From the sequence record NC_031934.1: a DNA stretch of 64,000 nt, one strand, 5' to 3'. Origin of the DNA: Escherichia phage MX01. A program made the position numbers and the translations under genes. Within the stretch, counting starts at the first letter, position 1. The number at the start of each line of letters is the position of its first letter. Of the stretch, positions 11,292 through 20,343 are shown piece by piece. The notes beneath the pieces were generated by a model. It searched no databases. It was given only the letters and a program-made list of their open reading frames with translations, and was not told where the DNA came from.

Positions 11292-12299
11292 TTATTTAGA
11301 TACTAGTTCAATCCATACGTGTCTTAAGGTATCTTTTACGCACTCAACGAGCTGCTTTTTAACTTCAACTGGATTTTCCGCATCAGTTAATTCCAATTCT
11401 TCACGGGTGGCTTCTTCAAGGATATCCTGGACAGTCAAGCCCATTACCTTTCCAAAATCCTTCGGCGATACTTCACCAATCTTACTGATAACGTTGTTAA
11501 TACGGTTAACAGTCACATAATCAGTGAATTGCCACATCAAGTCCATATCGTCTTGGGACAAAACTACAGCAGCCTTAATAGGCTTATCAGACTTTTTCTT
11601 CTCGCTGAATTTAGAGTTCTTACATTTAATCGCCACGCGATTTCCATTAGGAAGCCAGATAGGAGTATCAGGTTTAAGTACAAAGCCTTCAGCCGTGAAT
11701 ACTTTACCTTCTACCTTAGGAATAAAGTCTGTCGAGTTTGCAATAGTTAGGCCCGCGTTATCCACCGCAAAATTATAATCAGGAATAACTGAATCAAAGT
11801 CATTAGGTAATTTAATAAGGTCTTCAAAGCTGCCGGTGGCCAGACATGGAGCTACCTTAAACTTATGGATAATACAGAAGGCTTCCATCAATGTATCGGT
11901 TAGAACAGATTCTGAGCCATCTTCTTTAGTAACTCGGATATCGAACACATAAAAGTCTTTATCGCCGTAGTCCACATTCTTCTGGATACCTGTCCCAGCG
12001 AATTCGCCATAAATCTGGTATGACTGGTAATTAATCGATTCAATTAGATGTTGAACAGATTTAATAGAATCAGCATAGTTCTTAAGTACAATTTCATAGC
12101 CATAGAAATCTTCAGCAGGGAGGATAGGGCCAGTGCGCTTGGCGCATGTGACTGCGTCACGTTCTATGATTAAACTAAAGTTGGTTCCATGAATCTTCTC
12201 ACGTGCCACCCATTCACCACCGGTCAAACCATTAGTACGGAGTTTTTCGATAAACTTACTGTTGTAGTGGTTTTCGAGACTGCTATATTTCTTGAACAT
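11292..12299 (-). CDS. rnlB: RNA ligase 2 (Rnl2)
   Basis: 335 aa; N-terminus [20 protein letters not shown]...[11 protein letters not shown] matches T4 Rnl2 including the nucleotidyltransferase KxHG lysine motif. Confidence 0.95.
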   Translation of the reverse strand: MFKKYSSLENHYNSKFIEKLRTNGLTGGEWVAREKIHGTNFSLIIERDAVTCAKRTGPILPAEDFYGYEIVLKNYADSIKSVQHLIESINYQSYQIYGEFAGTGIQKNVDYGDKDFYVFDIRVTKEDGSESVLTDTLMEAFCIIHKFKVAPCLATGSFEDLIKLPNDFDSVIPDYNFAVDNAGLTIANSTDFIPKVEGKVFTAEGFVLKPDTPIWLPNGNRVAIKCKNSKFSEKKKSDKPIKAAVVLSQDDMDLMWQFTDYVTVNRINNVISKIGEVSPKDFGKVMGLTVQDILEEATREELELTDAENPVEVKKQLVECVKDTLRHVWIELVSK

Positions 12300-12413
12300 A
12301 AATCACCATAATAAATATAATTAAATAGAAGAGCTAGTAGTCTTCTGTCACCAAGCCAAATGGTTTAACGGAAGGACCTAGACCCATTATAACACACCTA
12401 AATTTAAAGCATA

Positions 12414-12623
12414 TTACTTTGAACTAGAACGCGCTTTGCGCCGAACCTTGTTGTTCAATCTTTTACGATAAACAACCTTTTCTTTCGCTTTAAATTTGGC
12501 CTTGGCTTGTTCTACATCAACCCATGCTTTGGCCATATCCTTAGCGGTCCCACCCATTTTTTTAGCAATTTCTATAAAATTCAACCCAGATTCGTGTAAA
12601 AAATGTACTTTAACCTTATCCAT
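12414..12623 (-). CDS. Small basic protein with putative helix-turn-helix (24.x slot)
   Basis: 69 aa; ESGLNFIEIAKKMGGTAKDMAKAW resembles an HTH; lysine/arginine-rich C-terminus; GTTTACA-N17-TAAGAT promoter upstream. Confidence 0.45.
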   Translation of the reverse strand: MDKVKVHFLHESGLNFIEIAKKMGGTAKDMAKAWVDVEQAKAKFKAKEKVVYRKRLNNKVRRKARSSSK

Positions 12624-12707
12624 AACAATTCTCTCGTTGAGTTGGTAAAACCCATCTTAACATAGAATTTTTAACTTGTAAACAGGAATTTTGTACTTTA
12701 ATGCAAA

Positions 12708-12725
12708 ATGGGCCGAAAGGCCCAT
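12708..12725 (-). terminator. Terminator hairpin downstream of hoc (ATGGGCC-GAAA-GGCCCAT)
   Basis: 7-bp stem with GAAA tetraloop just after hoc stop. Confidence 0.65.
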
Positions 12726-12727
12726 AA

Positions 12728-13576
12728 TTAGTAAACGTAATCGTATATAACACCAGCTTCTAAAGCGGTGCGATGAATAATTCGACCATTACGAGATTCT
12801 TGTACATCAACCTCTGAATAGTCGGTAATCATTTTTTGAAGTGTATATCGGTGCAAATAATACGGGCTATCCGGGTCATCTGTTTTCCAGTCTTTGCCTT
12901 CAAGAGTCATTTTCTGGATTTCATCCATAACCCACCAACCAACCCAAATATATGCTGAATTACGAACAGGGAGTGGATGAACGTAAGGTAATTCGCCATC
13001 CGGAACCGGTGCGACTTTAGCCGTGACTGTTACATTACCGGTTTTTGTGACAGTCGCCGGGTTATAATCAGTCGCCGAAACCACAACAGAAACTTCAATA
13101 ACCTGTGAACCTTCAGTGCTTGTATCGATTGCTAGAGTATCCGTGGTGCCAACTACAGGAGAACCGTCTTTCTTCCAAGAATAGGCAAAAGTAGCACCAG
13201 CAGGCGCGCCGACCACATCCGCTTTAAAAGAAGCTGGAGTACCTTCCGGAACATTAATTGATTCTGGGGTTAATGTCACAGAAACACCAGACATAGTTTT
13301 ATTCTGGATAGTTAAAGTCGTCTCAGCTTCAGCAGTTTCCGGTTCGCCGTCCGCTGGTGTAGTTGTTGCAACAACTTTAATAGTCTTGCTGCCTGCTGGA
13401 CCAACAGCAACATAATCCATTGCAGCAGTCACAGAAGATTGAGGAACACCATCAACGGTCCAGACAAATGATTCGGTACCTTCAGCTGCAGCACCGGAAC
13501 CGGTCGCAGTGAAATTGGTTGTTGCTCCAATAACGGCCGTAGCCGCCAAAGGAGCAATATCTACGGTATAAGCCAT
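12728..13576 (-). CDS. hoc: Hoc-like outer capsid decoration protein (short form, two Ig-like repeats)
   Basis: C-terminal WVGWWVMDEIQKMTLEGKDWKTDDPDSPYYLHRYTLQKM matches T4 Hoc capsid-binding domain; N-terminal Ala/Thr/Val-rich Ig-like repeats; 282 aa vs about 376 aa in T4. Confidence 0.88.
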   Translation of the reverse strand: MAYTVDIAPLAATAVIGATTNFTATGSGAAAEGTESFVWTVDGVPQSSVTAAMDYVAVGPAGSKTIKVVATTTPADGEPETAEAETTLTIQNKTMSGVSVTLTPESINVPEGTPASFKADVVGAPAGATFAYSWKKDGSPVVGTTDTLAIDTSTEGSQVIEVSVVVSATDYNPATVTKTGNVTVTAKVAPVPDGELPYVHPLPVRNSAYIWVGWWVMDEIQKMTLEGKDWKTDDPDSPYYLHRYTLQKMITDYSEVDVQESRNGRIIHRTALEAGVIYDYVY

Positions 13577-13585
13577 AATAAACCC

Positions 13586-14257
13586 TTATTTTAAAGTGAC
13601 AAAAGATGAGTTACGAGTTTCTCGTACTAATACTGAACCATTACGATTAATGTAATAAATCAGACTAAATAATGTTTGGTGGGCAGAAGGATGTTGGAAA
13701 GCAGTTGGACGTTCTTTCCAATCTGGAGTCTCAGAAATCCATTGGTAAATCCACCAAGGAACGGTGCAATAACCTGGGTTCTTACCGATAAGCAAAAGAT
13801 TAGGACTGAAGTTTTCAGGTAAAGAGAATACAGGTTTTTCCGATTCAATAACCTTGGCTACGGCCTCTTTGAATTTCTCTTCGACAAATGGGACATCCTC
13901 TTCAATAATCTCTACCTTAGGAAGTTCGGCCACCTCAATGACTTCGACTACAGCCTCAGGAGCATCGAACAGCAGGGTTGCTTCTTCTTTAGCAGGTTCA
14001 GCACCATCAATAAATTCATTAGAACCTGTAAGTTCGTCAGCGGCATCAATCAAATCAGAAATAGACAACCCTTCGGTTTCTGGAAGTGGTTCGTCAGCCA
14101 AGGCTTTAAGACCTTCAGTGATATCGATAATCAAATTATCAAACGAACGGGTTTTCTTAAGTTTTAAACCGAACTGTTCGCCGTATTCGATTAACTTAGC
14201 TTTAGCTTCTTTTTTATCTTCGAGTGCACGAAGCTCTTCAATATATTGAGTATCCAT
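13586..14257 (-). CDS. inh: Inh-like protein (putative inhibitor of prohead protease), assigned mainly by position
   Basis: 223 aa acidic protein directly upstream of hoc and divergent from uvsW as in T4; minus-strand TATAAATA at 14281-14288. Confidence 0.5.
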   Translation of the reverse strand: MDTQYIEELRALEDKKEAKAKLIEYGEQFGLKLKKTRSFDNLIIDITEGLKALADEPLPETEGLSISDLIDAADELTGSNEFIDGAEPAKEEATLLFDAPEAVVEVIEVAELPKVEIIEEDVPFVEEKFKEAVAKVIESEKPVFSLPENFSPNLLLIGKNPGYCTVPWWIYQWISETPDWKERPTAFQHPSAHQTLFSLIYYINRNGSVLVRETRNSSFVTLK

Positions 14258-14266
14258 AATTAGTCT

Positions 14267-14288
14267 CTTGTTGGTGTATAAATATAAC
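14267..14288. promoter_or_regulatory. Divergent late promoter pair: TATAAATA on plus (14267-14274, uvsW) and on minus (14281-14288, inh/hoc)
   Basis: Exact TATAAATA on each strand in the 55-nt divergent intergenic region. Confidence 0.55.
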
Positions 14289-14312
14289 TATATTTATAAC
14301 TGAGAATTACTT

Positions 14313-15809
14313 ATGCAAATTCAAGTACATTTCGATAATTTTAGTCATGTTCGTATTGAGTGTGATGAATCCACATTCTACGAACTCAGAGACTATTTTA
14401 GCTTTGAAGCTGATGGATATAAATTCAACCCTAAATTTCGTTATGGTCAATGGGACGGACGTATTCGCCTTCTGGATTATAATCGTAAACTTCCTTATGG
14501 ATTGGTTCCGCAGATTAAAAAATTCGCTGAACAATTTGAATACTCTCTGTGGATTGACCCACGTATTCTTGAACAGGAAGATATTTCTCGTGAAGATTTT
14601 GACTCATGGGTGGCATCTCAAGAAATTTATTCAGGGTCTACCAAGATTGAGCCCCATTGGTATCAGAATGAAGCCGTATACAACGGCCTGACAAAACGTC
14701 GTGCAATTCTGAATTTACCTACATCCGCAGGTAAATCATTGATTCAGGCGCTCTTGAGTCGATATTACGTTGAGAACTATGAAGGTAAAATCCTTATTCT
14801 GGTTCCTACTACTGCACTCGTTGACCAGATGATTAATGACTTCATCGATTATCGTCTGTTCCCTAAAGCAGCAATGCTGGGTATTCGTTCAGGTACTGCT
14901 CGTGATTCTGATGCAATGATTTACGTTTCGACTTATCAAACTGCTATTAAGCAACCTAAAGAATGGTTTGCTCAGTTTGGTATGTTTATGAACGACGAAT
15001 GCCATTTGGCCACAGGTAAATCAATTTCTACTATCATCGAAGGCCTAACCAACTGTATGTTTAAATTCGGTTTGTCTGGTTCTTTAAAAGATGGTAAAGC
15101 TAATTTAATGCAATATATGGGTTTGTTTGGTGATGTGTTTAAGCCAGTATCCACCTCCCAGTTAATGGAAGAAGGACAGGTTACAGACCTTAAAATCAAC
15201 AGTATTTTCCTTCGATACCCAGACGAATTCACTGTTAAGATGAAAGGTAAAGATTACCAATCAGAAATTAAAGTCATTACTAAGGCTACTCGTCGTAATA
15301 AATGGGTTGCTAATTTAGCTGTTAAACTCGCTAAGAAAGAAGAGAACGTATTCCTGATGTTTAAAAACATCGAACACGGTAAAACTCTTTTTGAAATGGT
15401 TAAAGAGCAACATAAAGAAGTTTATTACGTATCAGGTGAAGTTAATACCGAAACGCGTAATGCTCTGAAAGTAATGGCGGAAAATGGTAAGGGTATTATT
15501 GTTGTGGCAAGTTATGGTGTGTTCTCTACTGGTATTTCCGTTAAGAACCTTCACCACGTTGTATTTGCCCATCCAGTAAAATCTAAAATCATTGTACTCC
15601 AGACAATTGGTCGTGTACTCCGTAAACATGCCTCTAAATCAACAGCACAGGTGTGGGATATCATTGACGACATGGGTGTTAAGCCTAAATCAGCTACGGC
15701 TAAAAAGAAATATGTTCATTTGAACTACGCCCTCAAACACGCTTTAGAACGTATTCAACGTTATGCTGATGAGAAATTTAATTACGTAATGAAACAGGTG
15801 GATTTATGA
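14313..15809 (+). CDS. uvsW: UvsW DNA/RNA helicase
   Basis: 498 aa; Walker A LPTSAGKS, DEAH-like NDECH, helicase C motifs; N-terminus matches T4 UvsW. Confidence 0.95.
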   Translation: MQIQVHFDNFSHVRIECDESTFYELRDYFSFEADGYKFNPKFRYGQWDGRIRLLDYNRKLPYGLVPQIKKFAEQFEYSLWIDPRILEQEDISREDFDSWVASQEIYSGSTKIEPHWYQNEAVYNGLTKRRAILNLPTSAGKSLIQALLSRYYVENYEGKILILVPTTALVDQMINDFIDYRLFPKAAMLGIRSGTARDSDAMIYVSTYQTAIKQPKEWFAQFGMFMNDECHLATGKSISTIIEGLTNCMFKFGLSGSLKDGKANLMQYMGLFGDVFKPVSTSQLMEEGQVTDLKINSIFLRYPDEFTVKMKGKDYQSEIKVITKATRRNKWVANLAVKLAKKEENVFLMFKNIEHGKTLFEMVKEQHKEVYYVSGEVNTETRNALKVMAENGKGIIVVASYGVFSTGISVKNLHHVVFAHPVKSKIIVLQTIGRVLRKHASKSTAQVWDIIDDMGVKPKSATAKKKYVHLNYALKHALERIQRYADEKFNYVMKQVDL

Positions 15810-16033
15810 AAACCTTTAAAGAAGTTATTCAGGAAGCATCTATTGAAAGCTTCATGTCTAAAATTAGTTCTTGTCAGACCATGGACGGTCTGGAGGAATT
15901 GGAGAAGTATTACAAAACTCGTAGTAAGGAAGCCGAACTTCGTGATTCGGATGATATCAGCGTACGCGATGCATTGGCTGGTAAGAGAGCTGAATTGGAG
16001 TCGATGGACGACGAGGAAGAGGAAGATTTCTAA
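15806..16033 (+). CDS. uvsW.1: UvsW.1-like small acidic protein
   Basis: 75 aa, overlaps uvsW stop, acidic C-terminal tail; position as in T4. Confidence 0.8.
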   Translation: MKTFKEVIQEASIESFMSKISSCQTMDGLEELEKYYKTRSKEAELRDSDDISVRDALAGKRAELESMDDEEEEDF

Positions 16034-16041
16034 ACAAAAAA

Positions 16042-16063
16042 GGCCCAACCTTTCGGAAGGGCC
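16042..16063. terminator. Hairpin terminator at convergent junction uvsW.1 / uvsY.-2
   Basis: GGCCC...GGGCC inverted repeat preceded by A-run. Confidence 0.6.
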
Positions 16064-16092
16064 AATAACCATAAATGGCTATACACACTAGA

Positions 16093-16260
16093 CTAAAGTA
16101 GTAATTGGGTTTCGTTCAGCTGTTCTTCAGTGTTTTCCGTAACCGGCAAGCTTTGAACGTAATTATAGCATGAGCCCGGATGAACCGGACCTTTTTCTGT
16201 TTCAACAACCAATGCAGCATCGATTGGAGTTTTACAGACAACGCAAATCTTATCTGACAT
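16093..16260 (-). CDS. Small Cys-containing protein (uvsY.-2 slot); 55 aa, below ORF-track cutoff
   Basis: Hand-translated MSDKICVVCKTPIDAALVVETEKGPVHPGSCYNY...; CxxC plus distal Cys; lies between uvsY and convergent terminator. Confidence 0.4.
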   Translation of the reverse strand: MSDKICVVCKTPIDAALVVETEKGPVHPGSCYNYVQSLPVTENTEEQLNETQLLL

Positions 16261-16288
16261 GATTGTCTCCTTAGTTTAACTTACATAC

Positions 16289-16387
16289 CTATTTATTACT
16301 TGCTAAAGCAGCATTAATGAATTCTTGGAGAAGTTTCATCTTATCGGCATCTACTTTAATGGGTTTGGTATTTTTAGTACGTCTCAT
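16289..16387 (-). CDS. Very small basic ORF (uvsY.-1 slot), 32 aa
   Basis: Hand-translated MRRTKNTKPIKVDADKMKLLQEFINAALASNK; ATG overlaps uvsY stop (TAATG). Confidence 0.3.
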   Translation of the reverse strand: MRRTKNTKPIKVDADKMKLLQEFINAALASNK

Positions 16388-16821
16388 TATTTACCCGCCT
16401 CAAATTGTCTCATCTCATGCATGGTCTTAAGGTTAAAACCACGCGCCTTAATAGCATCAAGTGCTGAACTACAAAAGTCTTGTAATAAAGCCCAATACTG
16501 AATTGATGTGTCGATTTTAATTACACTAGAATCCGCAGCCATAACGGTCTTTAATTCAGATTTCTCATATTGGTCCATACAAACCTCATCACCAGGCTCT
16601 CCACGTCCCGTGTAGAAATCTAATCGCTTCTTAAGTGAGGTCTTTTTCTGGATTTCTAATCTCATTATTTCTTTCTTACAATTCGTATACAGCCTTAGCC
16701 ATTTGCTGTGCAGCAAAACGTTGTTCTGTACTTCGTACTGTAAACGAGTCCCATCAATCTTTAAATCCTCGTCTAATGCGTCCTGGAATGATTCTAACTT
16801 ATATTCAATCTCTTTACTCAT
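16387..16821 (-). CDS. uvsY: UvsY recombination mediator
   Basis: Start set at internal ATG (MSKEIEY..., AGGAAA RBS); sequence matches T4 UvsY (LQYE..NNV.L.SKWL, YEKSELKTV, FEAGK C-terminus). Confidence 0.92.
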   Translation of the reverse strand: MSKEIEYKLESFQDALDEDLKIDGTRLQYEVQNNVLLHSKWLRLYTNCKKEIMRLEIQKKTSLKKRLDFYTGRGEPGDEVCMDQYEKSELKTVMAADSSVIKIDTSIQYWALLQDFCSSALDAIKARGFNLKTMHEMRQFEAGK

Positions 16822-16879
16822 CGCATGTTTCCTGTGTAATAACCATAGGACCATTATACACTATTCATTTGAACAGCAA

Positions 16880-17269
16880 TTAACCACTCTGTGAGAGCTG
16901 GATTCTAATTTGCTCTAATGTATCTGGGTCATCAACAATACTAAACTGAACGGTCACGATAATCGAGTTATCATCGTACACAGGTGTCACACCTACAGCC
17001 AAGGCAGAAATTCTGGGTTCGAAGTTCCGCACAGCGGAAACTATATTACGCTTAATGGTGTCTGTGATTAATGGAGTAATATTCTCAAACAATTGGTTGC
17101 TGATGTCACAACCGAATTCAGGCATAAAAGGGCGTGAACCTTTGCGAGTAGTAATAATGCCTAACAAACTATTTTTTACTGCACGAGCACCTGTAGCTTT
17201 AGCAACGTCTCTATCCCAAGACGTTCTCATCTCAGGGTCTAAATCCGAATACATTTTATTGATATTCAT
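16880..17269 (-). CDS. 25: Baseplate wedge subunit gp25
   Basis: 129 aa; KNSLLGIITTRKGSRPFMPEFGCD...FENITP matches T4 gp25. Confidence 0.93.
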   Translation of the reverse strand: MNINKMYSDLDPEMRTSWDRDVAKATGARAVKNSLLGIITTRKGSRPFMPEFGCDISNQLFENITPLITDTIKRNIVSAVRNFEPRISALAVGVTPVYDDNSIIVTVQFSIVDDPDTLEQIRIQLSQSG

Positions 17270-17892
17270 TACATCACCTTAAAGAACTCTTTAAGTCCCT
17301 CAATAACATGGACGGTATGTTCACCACATTCGCAGGAAATAGGTATGGCCAAAATAGGCTTAGGGGCGACTAGAGCATCATAAACTTCTTTTATGTCTTT
17401 TTCTGTTATCACAGAATAAAGGTCATCAAGTTCCGCATCGCTTAAATCGGAAAGAAAAAGCTTTTCGCCTGCAGAAGTTAAAATATAATCGATACACCCT
17501 GCGACCATCATAGCCCTATTTTTATCTTCAAAGAGTTTAGGATATCTGAAAACAATTTTAAAGTTGCCAAAGTCTTTAATAACATCAGGCTCTTTACCTA
17601 ATGTTGCGCGAGTTAGTGTCATAGGGACAACCTGTGAGCGACCGCAACTACAAACCCACTCACGTTCTATATTCACTTCAGCTAATGAATGGGCCCACAG
17701 GTTTATCACCAGGAGCTCAGATTCTTGCTTGTTTAAATCACGAGCATCTGTGCAATTGGAAATGAGTTCATTGATAAAGGACTCTATTCTGCCTTCTAAT
17801 TTAGCTTGGAGCAAGTCCTTATACTCTCTGAGGGTAAATGCTCTGCATTTTATGGTTTTGTTTTTAATTTTTACGTCAAAAGTATAATTCAT
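17269..17892 (-). CDS. 26: Baseplate hub subunit gp26
   Basis: 207 aa (T4 gp26 208 aa); upstream of 25, divergent from 51; minus-strand late box at 17911-17918. Confidence 0.85.
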   Translation of the reverse strand: MNYTFDVKIKNKTIKCRAFTLREYKDLLQAKLEGRIESFINELISNCTDARDLNKQESELLVINLWAHSLAEVNIEREWVCSCGRSQVVPMTLTRATLGKEPDVIKDFGNFKIVFRYPKLFEDKNRAMMVAGCIDYILTSAGEKLFLSDLSDAELDDLYSVITEKDIKEVYDALVAPKPILAIPISCECGEHTVHVIEGLKEFFKVM

Positions 17893-17910
17893 TGTCTTCT
17901 CCTTTAAGCT

Positions 17911-17922
17911 TATTTATAAATA
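17911..17922. promoter_or_regulatory. Overlapping divergent late promoter boxes (TATTTATAAATA): minus box for 26/25, plus box for 51
   Basis: Palindrome-like TATTTATAAATA contains TATAAATA on both strands in the 51-nt divergent intergenic region. Confidence 0.6.
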
Positions 17923-17943
17923 CATCAATAAGAGGATACCCTT

Positions 17944-18696
17944 ATGGCTAATATAGTACGTTGTGAAATGCCTGACGGAGTCCACCGATTTAAACCTTTT
18001 ACAGTAGCTGATTATCGTGATTTTATTTTGATTCGAAATGACATGAATAATAAATCGCCTGAAGAGCAAAAACAAATTTTAGATGAGTTACTGGAAGAAT
18101 ACTTCGGTGAATATCCTATGTCATGGCGCCCGTATATGTTCATTGAACTTTACACGTCATCACTCGGCAAGACCAAAATTCCTATCCGATACACTTGCAG
18201 TAAGTGTGAAAAGGATAGACAAGTTTTATTCAATTTGAAACAGACCAAGTTAGATAATCCCACAATTGAAGTGGCAGGCTTGAAGCTAACATTCAAATTT
18301 CCGGAAATAGAATATCAAGACAAATCTGAATTGATTTTGAACACCCTCCAAACCGTAGAAGATGAAAACGGAAAATATAATTGGACTGACCTTTCTGAAG
18401 AAGACCAATTAGCGGTAATAGATGCTATAGACTTATCCACTTTAGAGGATATAGTCAAACAAACCAGCCCTATTAATTTCGAACTCAAATATGGATGCTG
18501 CAATCGTAGAACAATTGCGTATACCGATATTTTAGAGGTGTTTAAGCTTATAGTCAATCCAGATGAGATATTTTTATTTTACCAAATAAACCATTTATTG
18601 GTAAAGAACAATTATTCATTAGAAAGCATTATGCAGATGATTCCAATCGAACGCGGTATTGCTTTGTCTTTGGTTGAAAAGGACCTTAAGAAATGA
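17944..18696 (+). CDS. 51: Baseplate hub assembly catalyst gp51
   Basis: 250 aa (T4 gp51 249 aa); position between 26 and 27; late box 17915-17922. Confidence 0.85.
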   Translation: MANIVRCEMPDGVHRFKPFTVADYRDFILIRNDMNNKSPEEQKQILDELLEEYFGEYPMSWRPYMFIELYTSSLGKTKIPIRYTCSKCEKDRQVLFNLKQTKLDNPTIEVAGLKLTFKFPEIEYQDKSELILNTLQTVEDENGKYNWTDLSEEDQLAVIDAIDLSTLEDIVKQTSPINFELKYGCCNRRTIAYTDILEVFKLIVNPDEIFLFYQINHLLVKNNYSLESIMQMIPIERGIALSLVEKDLKK

Positions 18697-19862
18697 GTTC
18701 AAAAACTATGCAGCGTGAAGGCTTTCCTAATATTAGTATACGCCTTTACGAAGATTATGACGCCTGGTTAGAGCATCGTTTTGTTGAACTAGGCGCGACA
18801 TTTACTACTCTAACAATGCGTGATGGACTTTATGGTAGTAATGAAGGATTGCTTCAGTTTTATGATGCAAAGAACCTTCATACTAAAATGGATGGCGAAC
18901 AGATTATTCAAATTTCTGTTAAGAACGCTAACTCCGAGCGTACCCAGTCAAGAATTTATGGAAGCAAACACTTTGCTGTAGGAGTGGATTCGAAGGGCGA
19001 CAATATCATAACAATACAACTCGCCCCAATCCACTTTTTAGAGAATCTTAAATTTAGTCGTATGTTCTTCCCCAGTGTTCAAGAAACATTAACTGAAATG
19101 ATTGGTGTTATTTATCAAGACCGTCCACTTCTTGCACCCCCATTGAACGGGATAAACGTTTATGTTCCTAATGTTCCTTGGTGTGATTCAATGGACCGTT
19201 ATATGGAATTTGTACGGGAAGTAGGTATGGCCGTTGAATCTGATAAATTTGTATTTGTATGGGAAGATATAGATGGTATTTCTATCATGGACTACGAATT
19301 TATGGTTAATCAAGAGCCAATTAATTTTGTGGTAGGTGAGCCTCGTTTAATAGGCCAATACGTCCAAGATATGGACACTCCTATCGCATTTGATTTTGAA
19401 TGGTTAACTAAAGCCAACCAACATTCCAGAAAACCATATGAAAACGCTACTGTATACGCCCACTCTTTCTTAGACAAAAACGCCACACGAATTACTTTTG
19501 GTGACGGGCAAAACAGTATATTGGTTTCTCGCTCCGGTGGATATTCTGATTATACCTACCGAAACGGTTTTGAAGAAGCCGATAGATTAGTTACTATGGC
19601 CCAATACGATGGATACGCTCATTGTAAGGTATATGGTAACTTTGAACTAACTCCAGGCGATAAGATTAATTTCTATGACCCTAAAAACCAATTCCAGTAC
19701 GATTTTTATGTAGACGAAGTTATTCATGAAGTGAGTAACAATACATCAATTACAAACCTTTATATGTTTACTAATGGTAAGCCTATTAAGATTGAAGAAC
19801 CGCCGAAGGTTAAAAATGAACTTAAAACTGATACTCCCGATCAAGAAAATAACGCTGGGTGA
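18693..19862 (+). CDS. 27: Baseplate hub subunit gp27
   Basis: 389 aa (T4 gp27 391 aa); position. Confidence 0.92.
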   Translation: MSSKTMQREGFPNISIRLYEDYDAWLEHRFVELGATFTTLTMRDGLYGSNEGLLQFYDAKNLHTKMDGEQIIQISVKNANSERTQSRIYGSKHFAVGVDSKGDNIITIQLAPIHFLENLKFSRMFFPSVQETLTEMIGVIYQDRPLLAPPLNGINVYVPNVPWCDSMDRYMEFVREVGMAVESDKFVFVWEDIDGISIMDYEFMVNQEPINFVVGEPRLIGQYVQDMDTPIAFDFEWLTKANQHSRKPYENATVYAHSFLDKNATRITFGDGQNSILVSRSGGYSDYTYRNGFEEADRLVTMAQYDGYAHCKVYGNFELTPGDKINFYDPKNQFQYDFYVDEVIHEVSNNTSITNLYMFTNGKPIKIEEPPKVKNELKTDTPDQENNAG

Positions 19863-20343
19863 CAAAGAGATTTCCATTCCTAAATTGGGTCTTAAACACC
19901 AGAAATTGGTTAAAGATGAAAAGGACCCTTACAAGGCCCTCTATATGACAATGGAATCCATTTGTAAAGGACTGTCTGCAGCAGAAACAGATTTTGCTGC
20001 TTTACACCTTTTAGAATTCAACGGACGATTAAAAGAAAAAGTAACTAAAGATGGATTCACATATAATTTAAATGACCTTTATATTTGCCAACGACTTGAA
20101 TTCCAGTTCCAAGGTAAGACATTTAAATTTAAATCACACGAACCATTTCAAACATTTGGTCCTGTTGATAGTGTACTACAATCTCTTTATCTTGGTGATG
20201 ATGTACCAGATTTTCTGGATATGCCTGCCTTTGTTGCTACATGGGCCGACGATATAACTTCTACTGTAGCTATCCCTGGTCCTAATGGTCCTATCAAAGG
20301 ATTGCTTAAAATCATGGATATCTTAAATGAAGAACGAATCTAA
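19816..20343 (+). CDS. 28: Baseplate hub distal subunit gp28 (start at internal ATG matching T4 N-terminus)
   Basis: [34 protein letters not shown] matches T4 gp28 N-terminus (MKLILPIKK...); overlaps end of gene 27. Confidence 0.85.
   Translation: MNLKLILPIKKITLGDKEISIPKLGLKHQKLVKDEKDPYKALYMTMESICKGLSAAETDFAALHLLEFNGRLKEKVTKDGFTYNLNDLYICQRLEFQFQGKTFKFKSHEPFQTFGPVDSVLQSLYLGDDVPDFLDMPAFVATWADDITSTVAIPGPNGPIKGLLKIMDILNEERI

Noticed and set aside
13854-14249. 131-aa Ser/Thr-rich ORF antisense to inh
   Set aside because: Complement of the Glu/Ala-rich inh coding sequence; compositional artefact.
19774-19815. Longer N-terminal extension of gene 28 (start at 19774)
   Set aside because: The extension lies wholly within gene 27 and the downstream ATG aligns with the T4 gp28 N-terminus.
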